From Anaerolineae bacterium (GTDB taxonomy: Bacteria > Chloroflexota > Anaerolineae > B4-G1 > SLSP01), in NCBI GenBank assembly GCA_021159805.1, contig JAGHDT010000370.1, positions 1-28,917 of the forward strand: a DNA stretch of 28,917 bases, written 5' to 3'. Within the stretch, counting starts at the first letter, position 1. Every line of letters starts with the position of its first letter. The notes under the pieces are model-generated. The model ran no database searches and had not been told where the DNA came from. It saw only the letters and a list, made by a program, of their open reading frames with translations. Shown in pieces: positions 1-8,333 of the stretch. A program made the translations under genes and the position numbers.

Positions 1-785
1 ACTTTGGCCTCGGCAACCCGGCTGATGAGGTTGCCCAGGTTCAGGTCATCGTGATCCTCGATGTTCAGCGCGATCTTATCGGCGAGCGGAAACGTCGTCC
101 AGGCAATCTCTCCGTCGAGGTGCAGTCGCTGGAGAGCGGTGCCCCAAGCACGCATCTGGTCGAAAGGTACGGCGTCGAGGCTCTTCTGCATCACGCCCAG
201 ATAGTCGCCGCCGGCCTCGATTAGCTCGCTGACGGTCCGTAGGAGGTCGGGCGTGGTGGTCTGGGTGCGCAGCCCGCGTGTATCAGTAAGGATGGCTGCC
301 AGGAGACATGTAGCTATGTCGCCTGTCACCGGCACGCCCAAGGCGTCGATGATGTCGATGATGGGGAGAGCGGTTGCTGCCGCATCTGTGCGAACCAAGT
401 TGACATCGCCGAAAGCGTTGTTGGTCTCGTGATGATCGATGACGACCAGCGGTAGTTTTCCCCGCCAACTTTCTCTGTAGATGCCACCGGTTCGTTTCAG
501 ATCGCTCATGTCGATGGCGGCGATGAGATCAATGTCAGCATCGTCTGCTACGTCGGTGGCAAACGCGTCAGCTCCGGGGAGGTACGTCAGGCTGCTGCCC
601 AGGGGATGCACACAGACCACCGTGGGCTCCTTGCCAAGTTGGATCAGCGCCAGGCGCAGGGCCAACGCTGATCCAACTGTGTCGCCGTCCGGTCTCGGGT
701 GCGTGATCAGCAACGCGCGCTCACTCTTGCGCAGCAGTGACGCTATCTGTTTCGCGGTATTCGATGGTGTTTTCGACTGGGTCAT
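1..785 (-). CDS. nrnA: DHH-family phosphoesterase (bifunctional oligoribonuclease/pAp phosphatase NrnA-like), 3' end outside window
   Basis: Not in the ORF track because it runs off the edge. Manual translation from ATG at 785 (alternative 806) gives MTQSKTPSNTAKQIASLLRKSESALLITHPRPDGDTVGS..., with DHH motifs HxRPDGD, IDMSD, VVIDHH and ILTDTRG. It lies in the usual position after rbfA. Confidence 0.9.
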   Translation of the reverse strand, partial: MTQSKTPSNTAKQIASLLRKSERALLITHPRPDGDTVGSALALRLALIQLGKEPTVVCVHPLGSSLTYLPGADAFATDVADDADIDLIAAIDMSDLKRTGGIYRESWRGKLPLVVIDHHETNNAFGDVNLVRTDAAATALPIIDIIDALGVPVTGDIATCLLAAILTDTRGLRTQTTTPDLLRTVSELIEAGGDYLGVMQKSLDAVPFDQMRAWGTALQRLHLDGEIAWTTFPLADKIALNIEDHDDLNLGNLISRVAEAK

Positions 786-1140
786 CAGGTTGAGCGTCCT
801 TGTCATGAAGTTGTTGCAGGATTTCATCAATCCGCGTACCGTGCGCCATGGAAGGGTCGTAGACGAACACCAGTTGTGGTAGGTTTCGCAGTCGCAGGCC
901 GGGTGCCATCTTGCTCCTCAGCCACCCGGCAGCGCCATCCAGCGCTGCCTGAACTTCCATGATCTCATCCTGTGTGCCGATGATGCTGTAGTAGACCTCG
1001 GCACGCGTTGTGTCCCGGTTGACGCTTACGCCGGTGATGGTCACCTCGCTAAGCCTTGGATCGTTGCTCTCTTCCATCAGAAGCTGCGCGACTATACGCC
1101 GGATAAGCTGGTTGATGCGGTTTATGTACTTCTTACCCAT
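721..1140 (-). CDS. rbfA: Ribosome-binding factor A
   Basis: MGKKYINRINQLIRRIVAQLL...DPRL..VTITGVSVN.D...A.VYYS...LR..PQLVFVYD. Start trimmed to ATG at 1140. Directly downstream of infB. Confidence 0.95.
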   Translation of the reverse strand: MGKKYINRINQLIRRIVAQLLMEESNDPRLSEVTITGVSVNRDTTRAEVYYSIIGTQDEIMEVQAALDGAAGWLRSKMAPGLRLRNLPQLVFVYDPSMAHGTRIDEILQQLHDKDAQPDDPVENTIEYRETDSVTAAQE

Positions 1141-1160
1141 AGGATTCCCTCCAAAGCGGC

Positions 1161-2942
1161 CTATTCCGCTTCGACACGCTCCATAACATAGAACTGCAGG
1201 CGATCGCCGATCTCTAGGTCGTTGTATCCTTCGATTTTCACGCCGCACTCGAAGTTCTGTCGCACCTCACGGACATCCTCTGTAAATCGCTTCAGAGATT
1301 CGATGGTGCCATCGTGCAGGATCTCCTTATTGCGGATCACGCGGATCTTAGCATTGCGCCGGCCGGTGCCGCGGGTGACGAAGCACCCGGCGATGGTGCC
1401 GATGCTTGAGATAGTGAACAGCTGGCGGACTTCGGCTTCACCGATCAGCACGGGTTGATAGGTGGGCTCAAGCATGCCTTTCAGGGCTTTCTCGACGTCT
1501 TCGACCAACCGGTAGATGATCTCGTAGATCTGGATCTTCATCCTCTCCGTATCGGCGATACGCTGTGCGGCGGTATTGGCGGAGACACGGAAGCCCAGAA
1601 TGATGGCGTTGGACGCCAGAGCAAGGTTCATATCCGACTCGCTGATATTGCCGGCCGCAGCGTGAATCACGTTGATCTTGACGTCGGCCTGGCTGAGCTG
1701 CTCGACGCTGTTGACAATCGGTTCGATAGAGCCCTGGACGTCGGTCTTGAGCACGATGCTAAGTTCCTTGATCTCACCCTCGCGGATCGCTGAGGAGAAA
1801 TCATCCAGCGACAGCGGGCGGCTAACGTGGGTCAGCTCGCGCTGTCTGGCTTCTTGTCTGCGCTTCTCGGCGATGGCACGGGCCATACGCTCGTTCTTGA
1901 CGGTCTCCAGAAAATCGCCGGCGACCGGCACGTCGTGGAGGCCGATGACGACGGTCGGGGTTGCTGGCGGCGCGGTTTGGTGCCGGACACTGTTCTCGTC
2001 TTCCAGCGCGCGGACCTTGCCCCATGTCTGCCCGACGACCAACACATCACCGATGCGCAGGGTGCCATTCTGGATCAAGACCGTGGCCAATGGGCCACGC
2101 CGCTTGTCCAAGCGGCCTTCGAGGACGGTGCCGACGGCCTCTCGTCCGGGGTTGGCCTTGACCGTGACGTCATCCGCAACCAGGATGATCGCTTCGAGCA
2201 AATCCTCCAAGCCCACCTTCATCTTCGCGGAGACCGGGATGACCATGGTGCTGCCGCCCCATTCATCGGAGGTGAGCCCCAACTCTGCGAGCTCCTGCTT
2301 CACCCCCTCGACGCGTGCATTGGCTTTGTCGATCTTGTTGAGTGCCACGATGATCGGCACGTGCGCGGCACGCGCGTGGTTGACGGCCTCGATGGTCTGA
2401 GGCTTGACGCCGTCGTCGGCTGCCACAACCAGAACGGCAATGTCCGTTGTATTGGCACCGCGGGCGCGCATCGCTGTGAAGGCCTCGTGGCCGGGCGTGT
2501 CCAGGAAAGTGATCCGCCTGCCCTCGTGCTTGATCTGATAGGCACCGATGTGCTGGGTGATTCCCCCGCTTTCCCCAGCGACTACGTCAGCATGTCGGAT
2601 GGCATCCAGCAGCGACGTCTTGCCGTGATCAACGTGACCAAGAACCGTGACAACGGGAGGGCGATCCTTGAGGTCTTCAGGGTTTTCGTTTGCCAGGAGG
2701 ATTTGCCAAGCGGAAAGCTCGGTCTCGCCCTCCTGCTCGAGCTCCGCATAGGGTTGTTTGGCCTCGAAGCCAAACTCGGAAGCGATAATGGAGGCAGTAT
2801 CAAAATCCACCTGTTGGTTGATGCTGGCCAGCACACCGTTGCTCATCAGGGATTTGATCAGCTTGATGGGGGTCTCCCCCAACAGATCCGCAAGATCCCG
2901 TACTGTGATGACCTCAGGAATTGTTATTTCGTTTTCTGCCAT
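1161..2942 (-). CDS. infB: Translation initiation factor IF-2 (short N-terminus form, 593 aa)
   Basis: [52 protein letters not shown] and C-terminal FECG motifs. Confidence 0.99.
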   Translation of the reverse strand: MAENEITIPEVITVRDLADLLGETPIKLIKSLMSNGVLASINQQVDFDTASIIASEFGFEAKQPYAELEQEGETELSAWQILLANENPEDLKDRPPVVTVLGHVDHGKTSLLDAIRHADVVAGESGGITQHIGAYQIKHEGRRITFLDTPGHEAFTAMRARGANTTDIAVLVVAADDGVKPQTIEAVNHARAAHVPIIVALNKIDKANARVEGVKQELAELGLTSDEWGGSTMVIPVSAKMKVGLEDLLEAIILVADDVTVKANPGREAVGTVLEGRLDKRRGPLATVLIQNGTLRIGDVLVVGQTWGKVRALEDENSVRHQTAPPATPTVVIGLHDVPVAGDFLETVKNERMARAIAEKRRQEARQRELTHVSRPLSLDDFSSAIREGEIKELSIVLKTDVQGSIEPIVNSVEQLSQADVKINVIHAAAGNISESDMNLALASNAIILGFRVSANTAAQRIADTERMKIQIYEIIYRLVEDVEKALKGMLEPTYQPVLIGEAEVRQLFTISSIGTIAGCFVTRGTGRRNAKIRVIRNKEILHDGTIESLKRFTEDVREVRQNFECGVKIEGYNDLEIGDRLQFYVMERVEAE

Positions 2943-2993
2943 ATGTCTTTCTCCTTTGCCCCGTTCTCATAAGCTGTGCACCCAAGGTGCTAG

Positions 2994-3308
2994 TCAGTTT
3001 TCCTTACACGACACCGGAAGCGACCCTGCATACGCTTCCAGCGCGGCAAACGCCTCGGGCGTTAGTTGTGTGCGCAGTGCGCGCTTGAGACTGCCCTGCT
3101 TGAGCGCTTTCTGCCAGCAGCTATGTTGACGGCATAGATAGGCGCCCCGTCCGTTCTGTTTGCCCGTTTCATCCACTCTGATGGTCCCGTCAGGTAAGAG
3201 CACCACGCGGACAAGTTCACGTTTCGGCTTTGTCTCCCGACATGCCACACAGGTTCTCAATGGGACATGCTTCCGTTTGGGCTGACCTTTTTTCTTCACC
3301 ATAGTCAC
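2994..3308 (-). CDS. ylxR: YlxR/RnpM (DUF448) family RNA-binding protein
   Basis: HVPLRTCVACR...ELVRVV...GRGAYLC motifs, between nusA and infB. Start is GTG 3308 or ATG 3302. Confidence 0.93.
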   Translation of the reverse strand: MTMVKKKGQPKRKHVPLRTCVACRETKPKRELVRVVLLPDGTIRVDETGKQNGRGAYLCRQHSCWQKALKQGSLKRALRTQLTPEAFAALEAYAGSLPVSCKEN

Positions 3309-3335
3309 AATCTGATTCTATCAGGCTATGATAGA

Positions 3336-3374
3336 CACAAGAAATGGGACGCCTAGATACCTTCGGCGTCCCAT
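3336..3374 (-). terminator. Putative intrinsic terminator/attenuator between nusA and ylxR
   Basis: Perfect 10-bp inverted repeat ATGGGACGCC (3344-3353)/GGCGTCCCAT (3365-3374), followed on the minus strand by an imperfect U-tract TTCTTGTGT. Confidence 0.55.
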
Positions 3375-3514
3375 CATCGAGGGCCAGAGTGGCCTGTGAG
3401 ATACTGCTTTCTATCGTTGTTGCAGTCGTCTCAGCATGATATTTCGTGCCCAGATTGAGATCCGGGAATCGCGACAGGACCCACCAAAGGATTCATGACA
3501 CTGTGCCAATCAGG

Positions 3515-5545
3515 CTAATAGTCCTCGTTATACTCGTCCCAGGATTCGGAGCCGGTGCGGTGTTTCCGCACGACAAACGTTTCACCGCTGGCATCGTCGA
3601 ACACGACCGTGCGCCGGCGTCGTCTCTTGCCCTGACGATCACCCGATTCGGAGATATCGGTGCCTTCTTCGTCATCTTCGTCTGCAAAAACAACATCGTC
3701 AAGACTCACCGTAGAGTCCTCGTCGGACGACGAGGCAACTTCTAGGGCTGTCTCTTCTGAGCCCTCATCGAGCTTGTCAACATCGTCCGCCGGCTCTGTT
3801 TTGGCGACCGGCTCGTCTGTCGCTGCTATAGTCTCTTCGCCCGTTTTCTCTTCTGATGCCAAGTCCTTGGCGCCGATCGGTTCCTCCGCCTCTACGGCAG
3901 TTTCTGGCTCAGCTGCGGGTTCAGCGACCTCAGCCTCTACGGCAGTGTTAACCTCAACTTGTTCATCCTGAATGTCGCCCTGGTCCAGCAGCTGGAGCCC
4001 ACTGGTCTCCACCGCGTCTTTGATCTCGCGTAGCGCCTTGACGCCAATCCCGTTGATCATGAGCAGTGGTTCATCGCCGACAGCCAGCTTCTCCATCACT
4101 TCGCCGATGTTTTCCAATCCGCTGGCCATGAGGTGATTGTGAACCCTCTTAGACAGACCGAGTTCCTCCAGCGGCATCTTGTAGGCGCCCCGAGGCACTC
4201 GGTCGTGCGCTTCTTGTTTCGCTTTCACACGATCGGCATCTGCGTCGCGCTGTGCAAGCCGCCGTGCTCTTGCCTGGCCTGAGCCGGGGCGCTCGGCATT
4301 CCGTCGTGCGATGACTGCCTCGCGGACTGCCTTGATCACCGTGCCGATGATGTTGCGCTCTTCGTCGGTATAGGGATAGCGGTCCTCCTCGTGAGTGCGC
4401 ATGATCGCCGCAAGACGAGGGATAAGCGCGGCTTTGCCTCGCAGCACTTCCAGCAAGTCGGGTGTCTGGTTGACCTGGGCGAGGGCCCACATAGCTGCCT
4501 CTGTCGCGCCTTGAATATCAATGCGCCCGTTCGTCAACTTGGCAGCGAGGCGTGCGTTCTGCCCCGAGCGCCCGATGGCGAGCGATAGATGCTCGTCAAG
4601 GACAGCTACAGATGCGGTCCGCCCGCCGGGGTGATGTTCATCCAGCGTCACATTGACGATCTTGGGAATGCTGAGCGCATTGCTGATGAATGTCTCGGGA
4701 TCTTCGTTCCACTGCACAACATCGATCCGCTCACCGTGCAACTCGTTCGAGATTGTCTGGATGCGCATACCACGCATACCCACACAGGCTCCGACTGGGT
4801 CGATGCCCGCCTGCCGTGCGGAGACGGCAACCTTCGCCCTCGTCCCAGCTTCACGCGCCACAGCATTGATCTCCACTTGACCGTTGCGGATCTCCGGTAC
4901 CTCAATCTCCAGTAGTCGGCGCAGCATCCGCGGGTGACTGCGGCTGACAATGATCTCAGGGCCTCTCGACGTGCGGCGCACCTCCAAAACGTAAACACGG
5001 ATCTTCTGATGCAGTACGTACCGCTCGCCGGGGATCTGTTCGCGGCGCGGCATATGCGCCTCTTCGGTACGTTCCAGATGCAGGGTCACGCCTCTTGGGT
5101 TGACCGACTGCACGGTGCCGATGATAATCTCGTTTTCCTGCCGGCTGAAGCGATTGAATTGGCTCTCACGCTCGGCTTCCCGCAGTCGCTGTGTGATCAC
5201 CTGTTTGGCTGTCTGTGCGGCAATACGGCCGAAGTTACCCGGCGTGACATCTACCATCAACATGTCGTCGACCTGCACATCGGCTTTTCGCTTGCGCGCC
5301 GCCACGAGTCGAATCTGGATCTGGGGGTCCTCAACTTCTTCCTCTACGACGACTTTGTCGATATAGATACGCGCTAGCCCGGTCTCCAGACTAATCTCAG
5401 CTTCTATGTTTTGGGTTGCAGGAATCTTCCAGTCACGTCTGTAGGCAGTCGCCAAGGCCGCCCGAATTGCATCCAGGACGACCTCTTTCGGCAAGTTGTA
5501 TTCAGCACAGACCTGGTTAAACGCCAGGGCGAACTCGCTCTTCAT
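3515..5545 (-). CDS. nusA: Transcription termination/antitermination factor NusA with long C-terminal extension (676 aa)
   Basis: FGRIAAQTAKQVITQRLREAER, S1 domain, RGPEIIVSRSH, AREAG.R.KVAV, DPVGACVGMRG.RI, LSLAIGRSGQNARLAAKLT. Start set at ATG 5545 behind a GGGGAGG RBS. Confidence 0.98.
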   Translation of the reverse strand: MKSEFALAFNQVCAEYNLPKEVVLDAIRAALATAYRRDWKIPATQNIEAEISLETGLARIYIDKVVVEEEVEDPQIQIRLVAARKRKADVQVDDMLMVDVTPGNFGRIAAQTAKQVITQRLREAERESQFNRFSRQENEIIIGTVQSVNPRGVTLHLERTEEAHMPRREQIPGERYVLHQKIRVYVLEVRRTSRGPEIIVSRSHPRMLRRLLEIEVPEIRNGQVEINAVAREAGTRAKVAVSARQAGIDPVGACVGMRGMRIQTISNELHGERIDVVQWNEDPETFISNALSIPKIVNVTLDEHHPGGRTASVAVLDEHLSLAIGRSGQNARLAAKLTNGRIDIQGATEAAMWALAQVNQTPDLLEVLRGKAALIPRLAAIMRTHEEDRYPYTDEERNIIGTVIKAVREAVIARRNAERPGSGQARARRLAQRDADADRVKAKQEAHDRVPRGAYKMPLEELGLSKRVHNHLMASGLENIGEVMEKLAVGDEPLLMINGIGVKALREIKDAVETSGLQLLDQGDIQDEQVEVNTAVEAEVAEPAAEPETAVEAEEPIGAKDLASEEKTGEETIAATDEPVAKTEPADDVDKLDEGSEETALEVASSSDEDSTVSLDDVVFADEDDEEGTDISESGDRQGKRRRRRTVVFDDASGETFVVRKHRTGSESWDEYNEDY

Positions 5546-5582
5546 TAAGAATCTGCCTCCCCGTTCTGTTTCAAGGGTATCT

Positions 5583-5611
5583 ACAAAGAAAAGTGGGGCT
5601 CGCCCCACTTT
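5583..5611 (-). terminator. Terminator-like hairpin in the nusA 5' leader
   Basis: Minus strand AAAGTGGGG-CGAG-CCCCACTTT followed by TCTTTGT, between the promoter and the nusA RBS. Confidence 0.7.
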
Positions 5612-5644
5612 CGAGTGTCACTATACTCCACTCCCTTTGACCGG

Positions 5645-5673
5645 ATTATAGCATAACCAAACCGATTAGACAA
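5645..5673 (-). promoter_or_regulatory. sigma70/sigmaA promoter of the nusA operon
   Basis: Minus strand TTGTCT-17 nt-TATAAT with an extended -10 TG (TGCTATAAT). Confidence 0.8.
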
Positions 5674-5729
5674 GGTTTCCTGGAACGCGCCCTGCCGGCC
5701 TATAGTCAAGGTCGCCGGCACGTCGCTAC

Positions 5730-7814
5730 CTAATGAGGGATACTGGGCCGGGCCAGCAGCACGATGCTTGATCTCGCCGCAACTTCGTAGGTGTTCGATG
5801 TGATGGCGGGCGCTTCTCCCGCGCTGTGGATGTCATCGGGCGCGGCCAGTGATGTGTCGATGATGCGATGCCATCGTGATTCCGGATGATCCGCCAGCGT
5901 CGGTGCTGGAAGATCAAAGGTCAGCGGCTGCCAATAGGCGTTCAGAATGATGTGGAGGTGCTCGCTGTCGTGTGGAGACTGCAGTTCAAGCGCCAGGCTG
6001 TGGGAGTTGTATGCCCAATCCGGCTGATCGAGCTCCACGCCGTGCCAGATGAGCCGTGGAACTGAGTTTCCCTCCGAAGTATGCCAGAACGCCTCCTTGC
6101 GGAAGACCTCAAGGCCTTGTGTGAACGTGATGAGGCGGCGAACAAAGCGCAGGAAACCTGGATAGAGGTCGGGGCGTTCCCAGTCGAACCAGCCAATCTG
6201 ATTGTCCTGGCAGTAAGCGTTGTTGTTGCCCTGTTGCGTGCGCAGACATTCATCCCCCATCAGAATCATCGGCGTTCCCTGGGCGACGAAAAGAATGGTC
6301 AAGAAGTTGCGAGCTTGTTTCTGCCGCAGGGCCTCGATGGCGGTGACTGTGGTCGGTCCCTCCAAGCCGCAGTTCCAGCTGTAGTTGGCGTTGTCGCCGT
6401 CGCGGTTGTCCTCCAGGTTGTCCAGATTGTGCTTCTGGTTGTACGAGACCAGGTCGTTGAGTGTGAATCCATCGTGGGATGTGTTGAAGTTGATGCTGCG
6501 GTTGGGCTCTCGGTCCGGCTGCGTGTAGAGATCCGGGCTGCCGGTGAGGCGAGCAGCCAGGTTCTGTACCATACCCGGGTCACCTCTGACAAAGCGGCGG
6601 ACGTCATCTCTGAAGGGCCCATTCCACTCTGCCCACCGGTGGCCGATGAAGGATCCGACCTGATAAAGCCCTGCGGCATCCCAAGCCTCGGCAATAATCT
6701 TGGCTCCGGCCAGAACGGGGTCCGACTCAATCTGCCAGAGGATCGGCGGGTTCTCCATCGGTTCACCGTCCTCGTCACGCGCCATCACTGATGCAAGGTC
6801 GAAGCGGAAGCCATCGACGTGCATCTCTGATAGCCAGTAGTGCAGACAATCGATGATGAGCCGGCGCACGACAGAGTGGTTGGCGTTCAGCGTGTTGCCC
6901 GTGCCGCTGTAGTTGGCATAGGTGGCGCGGTCGTCCTTGAGGATGTAGTAGGCCCGGTTTTCCAGCCCTTTGAATGAGAGAATCGGCCCGTTCTCGTCAC
7001 CCTCAGCGGTGTGATTGAAGACGACGTCCAGGATGACCTCGATCCCGGCCCGGTGCAGTGCCTTGACCATGTCGCGGAACTCATCGATCGCGCAGAGCGG
7101 GTTCTCCTGCTGAGAGGCATAGCCATGATGCGGGGCGAAGAGTGCGATGGGGCTGTACCCCCAGTAGTTTTCCAGGTGATCCGGGCTATCCTGTGTATCG
7201 TGGTGCTGTACGGGCAGCAGCTCCACCGATGTGATCCCCAGCGACCGAAGGTAGGGGATCTTGTCGATCACGCCCAAGTAGGTGCCCTGCCTGTCCGGTG
7301 CGACATCCGGTGCCGACTTGGTCAGCCCCCGCACGTGCATCTCGTAGATGACGGTGCTGGCATAGGGCTGGCTAAGCGGCTGGTCACCTTCCCAGTCGTA
7401 GGTGTCAGGATCGACGACGACGCTCTTGATACCTTGGCCGAGATTCGCGCCGAAGCCCTTGGCCGCGGCCCGGCTGTAGGTACTGCTCGGGGCAACCGCC
7501 CGCGCATAGGGATCTACAAGGAGCTTGTCACCGTCGAAATAGAAGCCGCGTGTGGGACGGTAGGTGCCCCGCACCCGGTACCCGTACAATTGACCGTGGC
7601 CGATATCCGGCACATAGACGTGCCAGTAGTAGAAGGTGTGGTTTTTCCGGCGATCCAGAGGGATCACACGGCTGGGCTCTTGATCATCCGCATGGTCAAA
7701 CAACACTAACTCGACAGCATCAGCATACTTGGAGAAGACGCTGAAGTTCACACCGTCAGGGTAACAGGTAGCTCCAAGTGGGAAGCTCCGGCCTTCCGCT
7801 TTCATTCCAATCAT
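5730..7814 (-). CDS. glgX: Glycogen debranching enzyme / isoamylase (GH13, CBM48), 694 aa
   Basis: PLGAT...GVNFSVFS, YEMHVRG, NYWGYSP, LDVVFNHTAEG, VDGFRFDLA (nucleophile), IAEAWD (acid/base), HDGFTLNDLVSYN. Start ATG 7814 with AAGGAG RBS. Confidence 0.97.
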   Translation of the reverse strand: MIGMKAEGRSFPLGATCYPDGVNFSVFSKYADAVELVLFDHADDQEPSRVIPLDRRKNHTFYYWHVYVPDIGHGQLYGYRVRGTYRPTRGFYFDGDKLLVDPYARAVAPSSTYSRAAAKGFGANLGQGIKSVVVDPDTYDWEGDQPLSQPYASTVIYEMHVRGLTKSAPDVAPDRQGTYLGVIDKIPYLRSLGITSVELLPVQHHDTQDSPDHLENYWGYSPIALFAPHHGYASQQENPLCAIDEFRDMVKALHRAGIEVILDVVFNHTAEGDENGPILSFKGLENRAYYILKDDRATYANYSGTGNTLNANHSVVRRLIIDCLHYWLSEMHVDGFRFDLASVMARDEDGEPMENPPILWQIESDPVLAGAKIIAEAWDAAGLYQVGSFIGHRWAEWNGPFRDDVRRFVRGDPGMVQNLAARLTGSPDLYTQPDREPNRSINFNTSHDGFTLNDLVSYNQKHNLDNLEDNRDGDNANYSWNCGLEGPTTVTAIEALRQKQARNFLTILFVAQGTPMILMGDECLRTQQGNNNAYCQDNQIGWFDWERPDLYPGFLRFVRRLITFTQGLEVFRKEAFWHTSEGNSVPRLIWHGVELDQPDWAYNSHSLALELQSPHDSEHLHIILNAYWQPLTFDLPAPTLADHPESRWHRIIDTSLAAPDDIHSAGEAPAITSNTYEVAARSSIVLLARPSIPH

Positions 7815-7877
7815 CAAACGACTCCTTACGTCAATTGTGCTATGTCGTGTCCAGCCTGGTGTGTGACCCACCGCACA

Positions 7878-7905
7878 ATTGTACGAGGAGAACCGCTGGA
7901 GGCAA
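7878..7905 (-). promoter_or_regulatory. Possible glgX promoter
   Basis: Minus strand TTGCCT-16 nt-TACAAT about 65 nt upstream of the glgX start. Confidence 0.4.
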
Positions 7906-8132
7906 TAGCGGGGGAGGAGCCGGCCTGGCCCTGACGACAGCCGGCATAGTGAACGATCACGGGCAAAGACCGTTACCGGGTGGTCAGGTTGCATGGATAT
8001 ACATCTGGTTATCACCCTTGGAAGCGAAACACGTCTGGGAGGCTAGTAGGCCGGCAATCGGTCCAAAGGGATGCATCTCTTGTTGCTGTGCCTTCGCCCC
8101 TGTTGTGAAACGTGCTTGCTGTGAGACATAGT

Positions 8133-8161
8133 TTGCGCCGGCGTATGTGCTATGCTATACT
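8133..8161 (+). promoter_or_regulatory. Putative sigma70 promoter of the protease operon
   Basis: TTGCGC (8133-8138)-17 nt-TATACT (8156-8161) with extended -10 TG at 8153-8154. Confidence 0.6.
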
Positions 8162-8333
8162 TCTAGTTGAATGCGGCACTGTTCACCGATGCTGTTCTAT
8201 GACGTGCGCCGACACAGCCGGCTGCAGTCGTGACCCATAGCCGCTGGCCGCCATTTCCTCGTGGCCGTTTGGGATTGCCAGGTCGCGCACGCTGGTAGGG
8301 CGTGAGCGCTCCATCATCGACGAGAATCAGGCA

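Noticed and set aside
1827-2972. 381-aa plus-strand ORF opposite infB, and similar long antisense ORFs at 6081-6791, 7011-7709, 14933-15808, 20301-21047, 23151-24299 and 25184-26311
   Set aside because: Shadow ORFs expected opposite high-GC3 coding genes. They show no motifs and fully overlap confidently identified genes.
5693-5720. TGCCGGC/GCCGGCA hairpin after glgX as a terminator
   Set aside because: 7-bp stem with a 14-nt loop and no U-tract on the minus strand.
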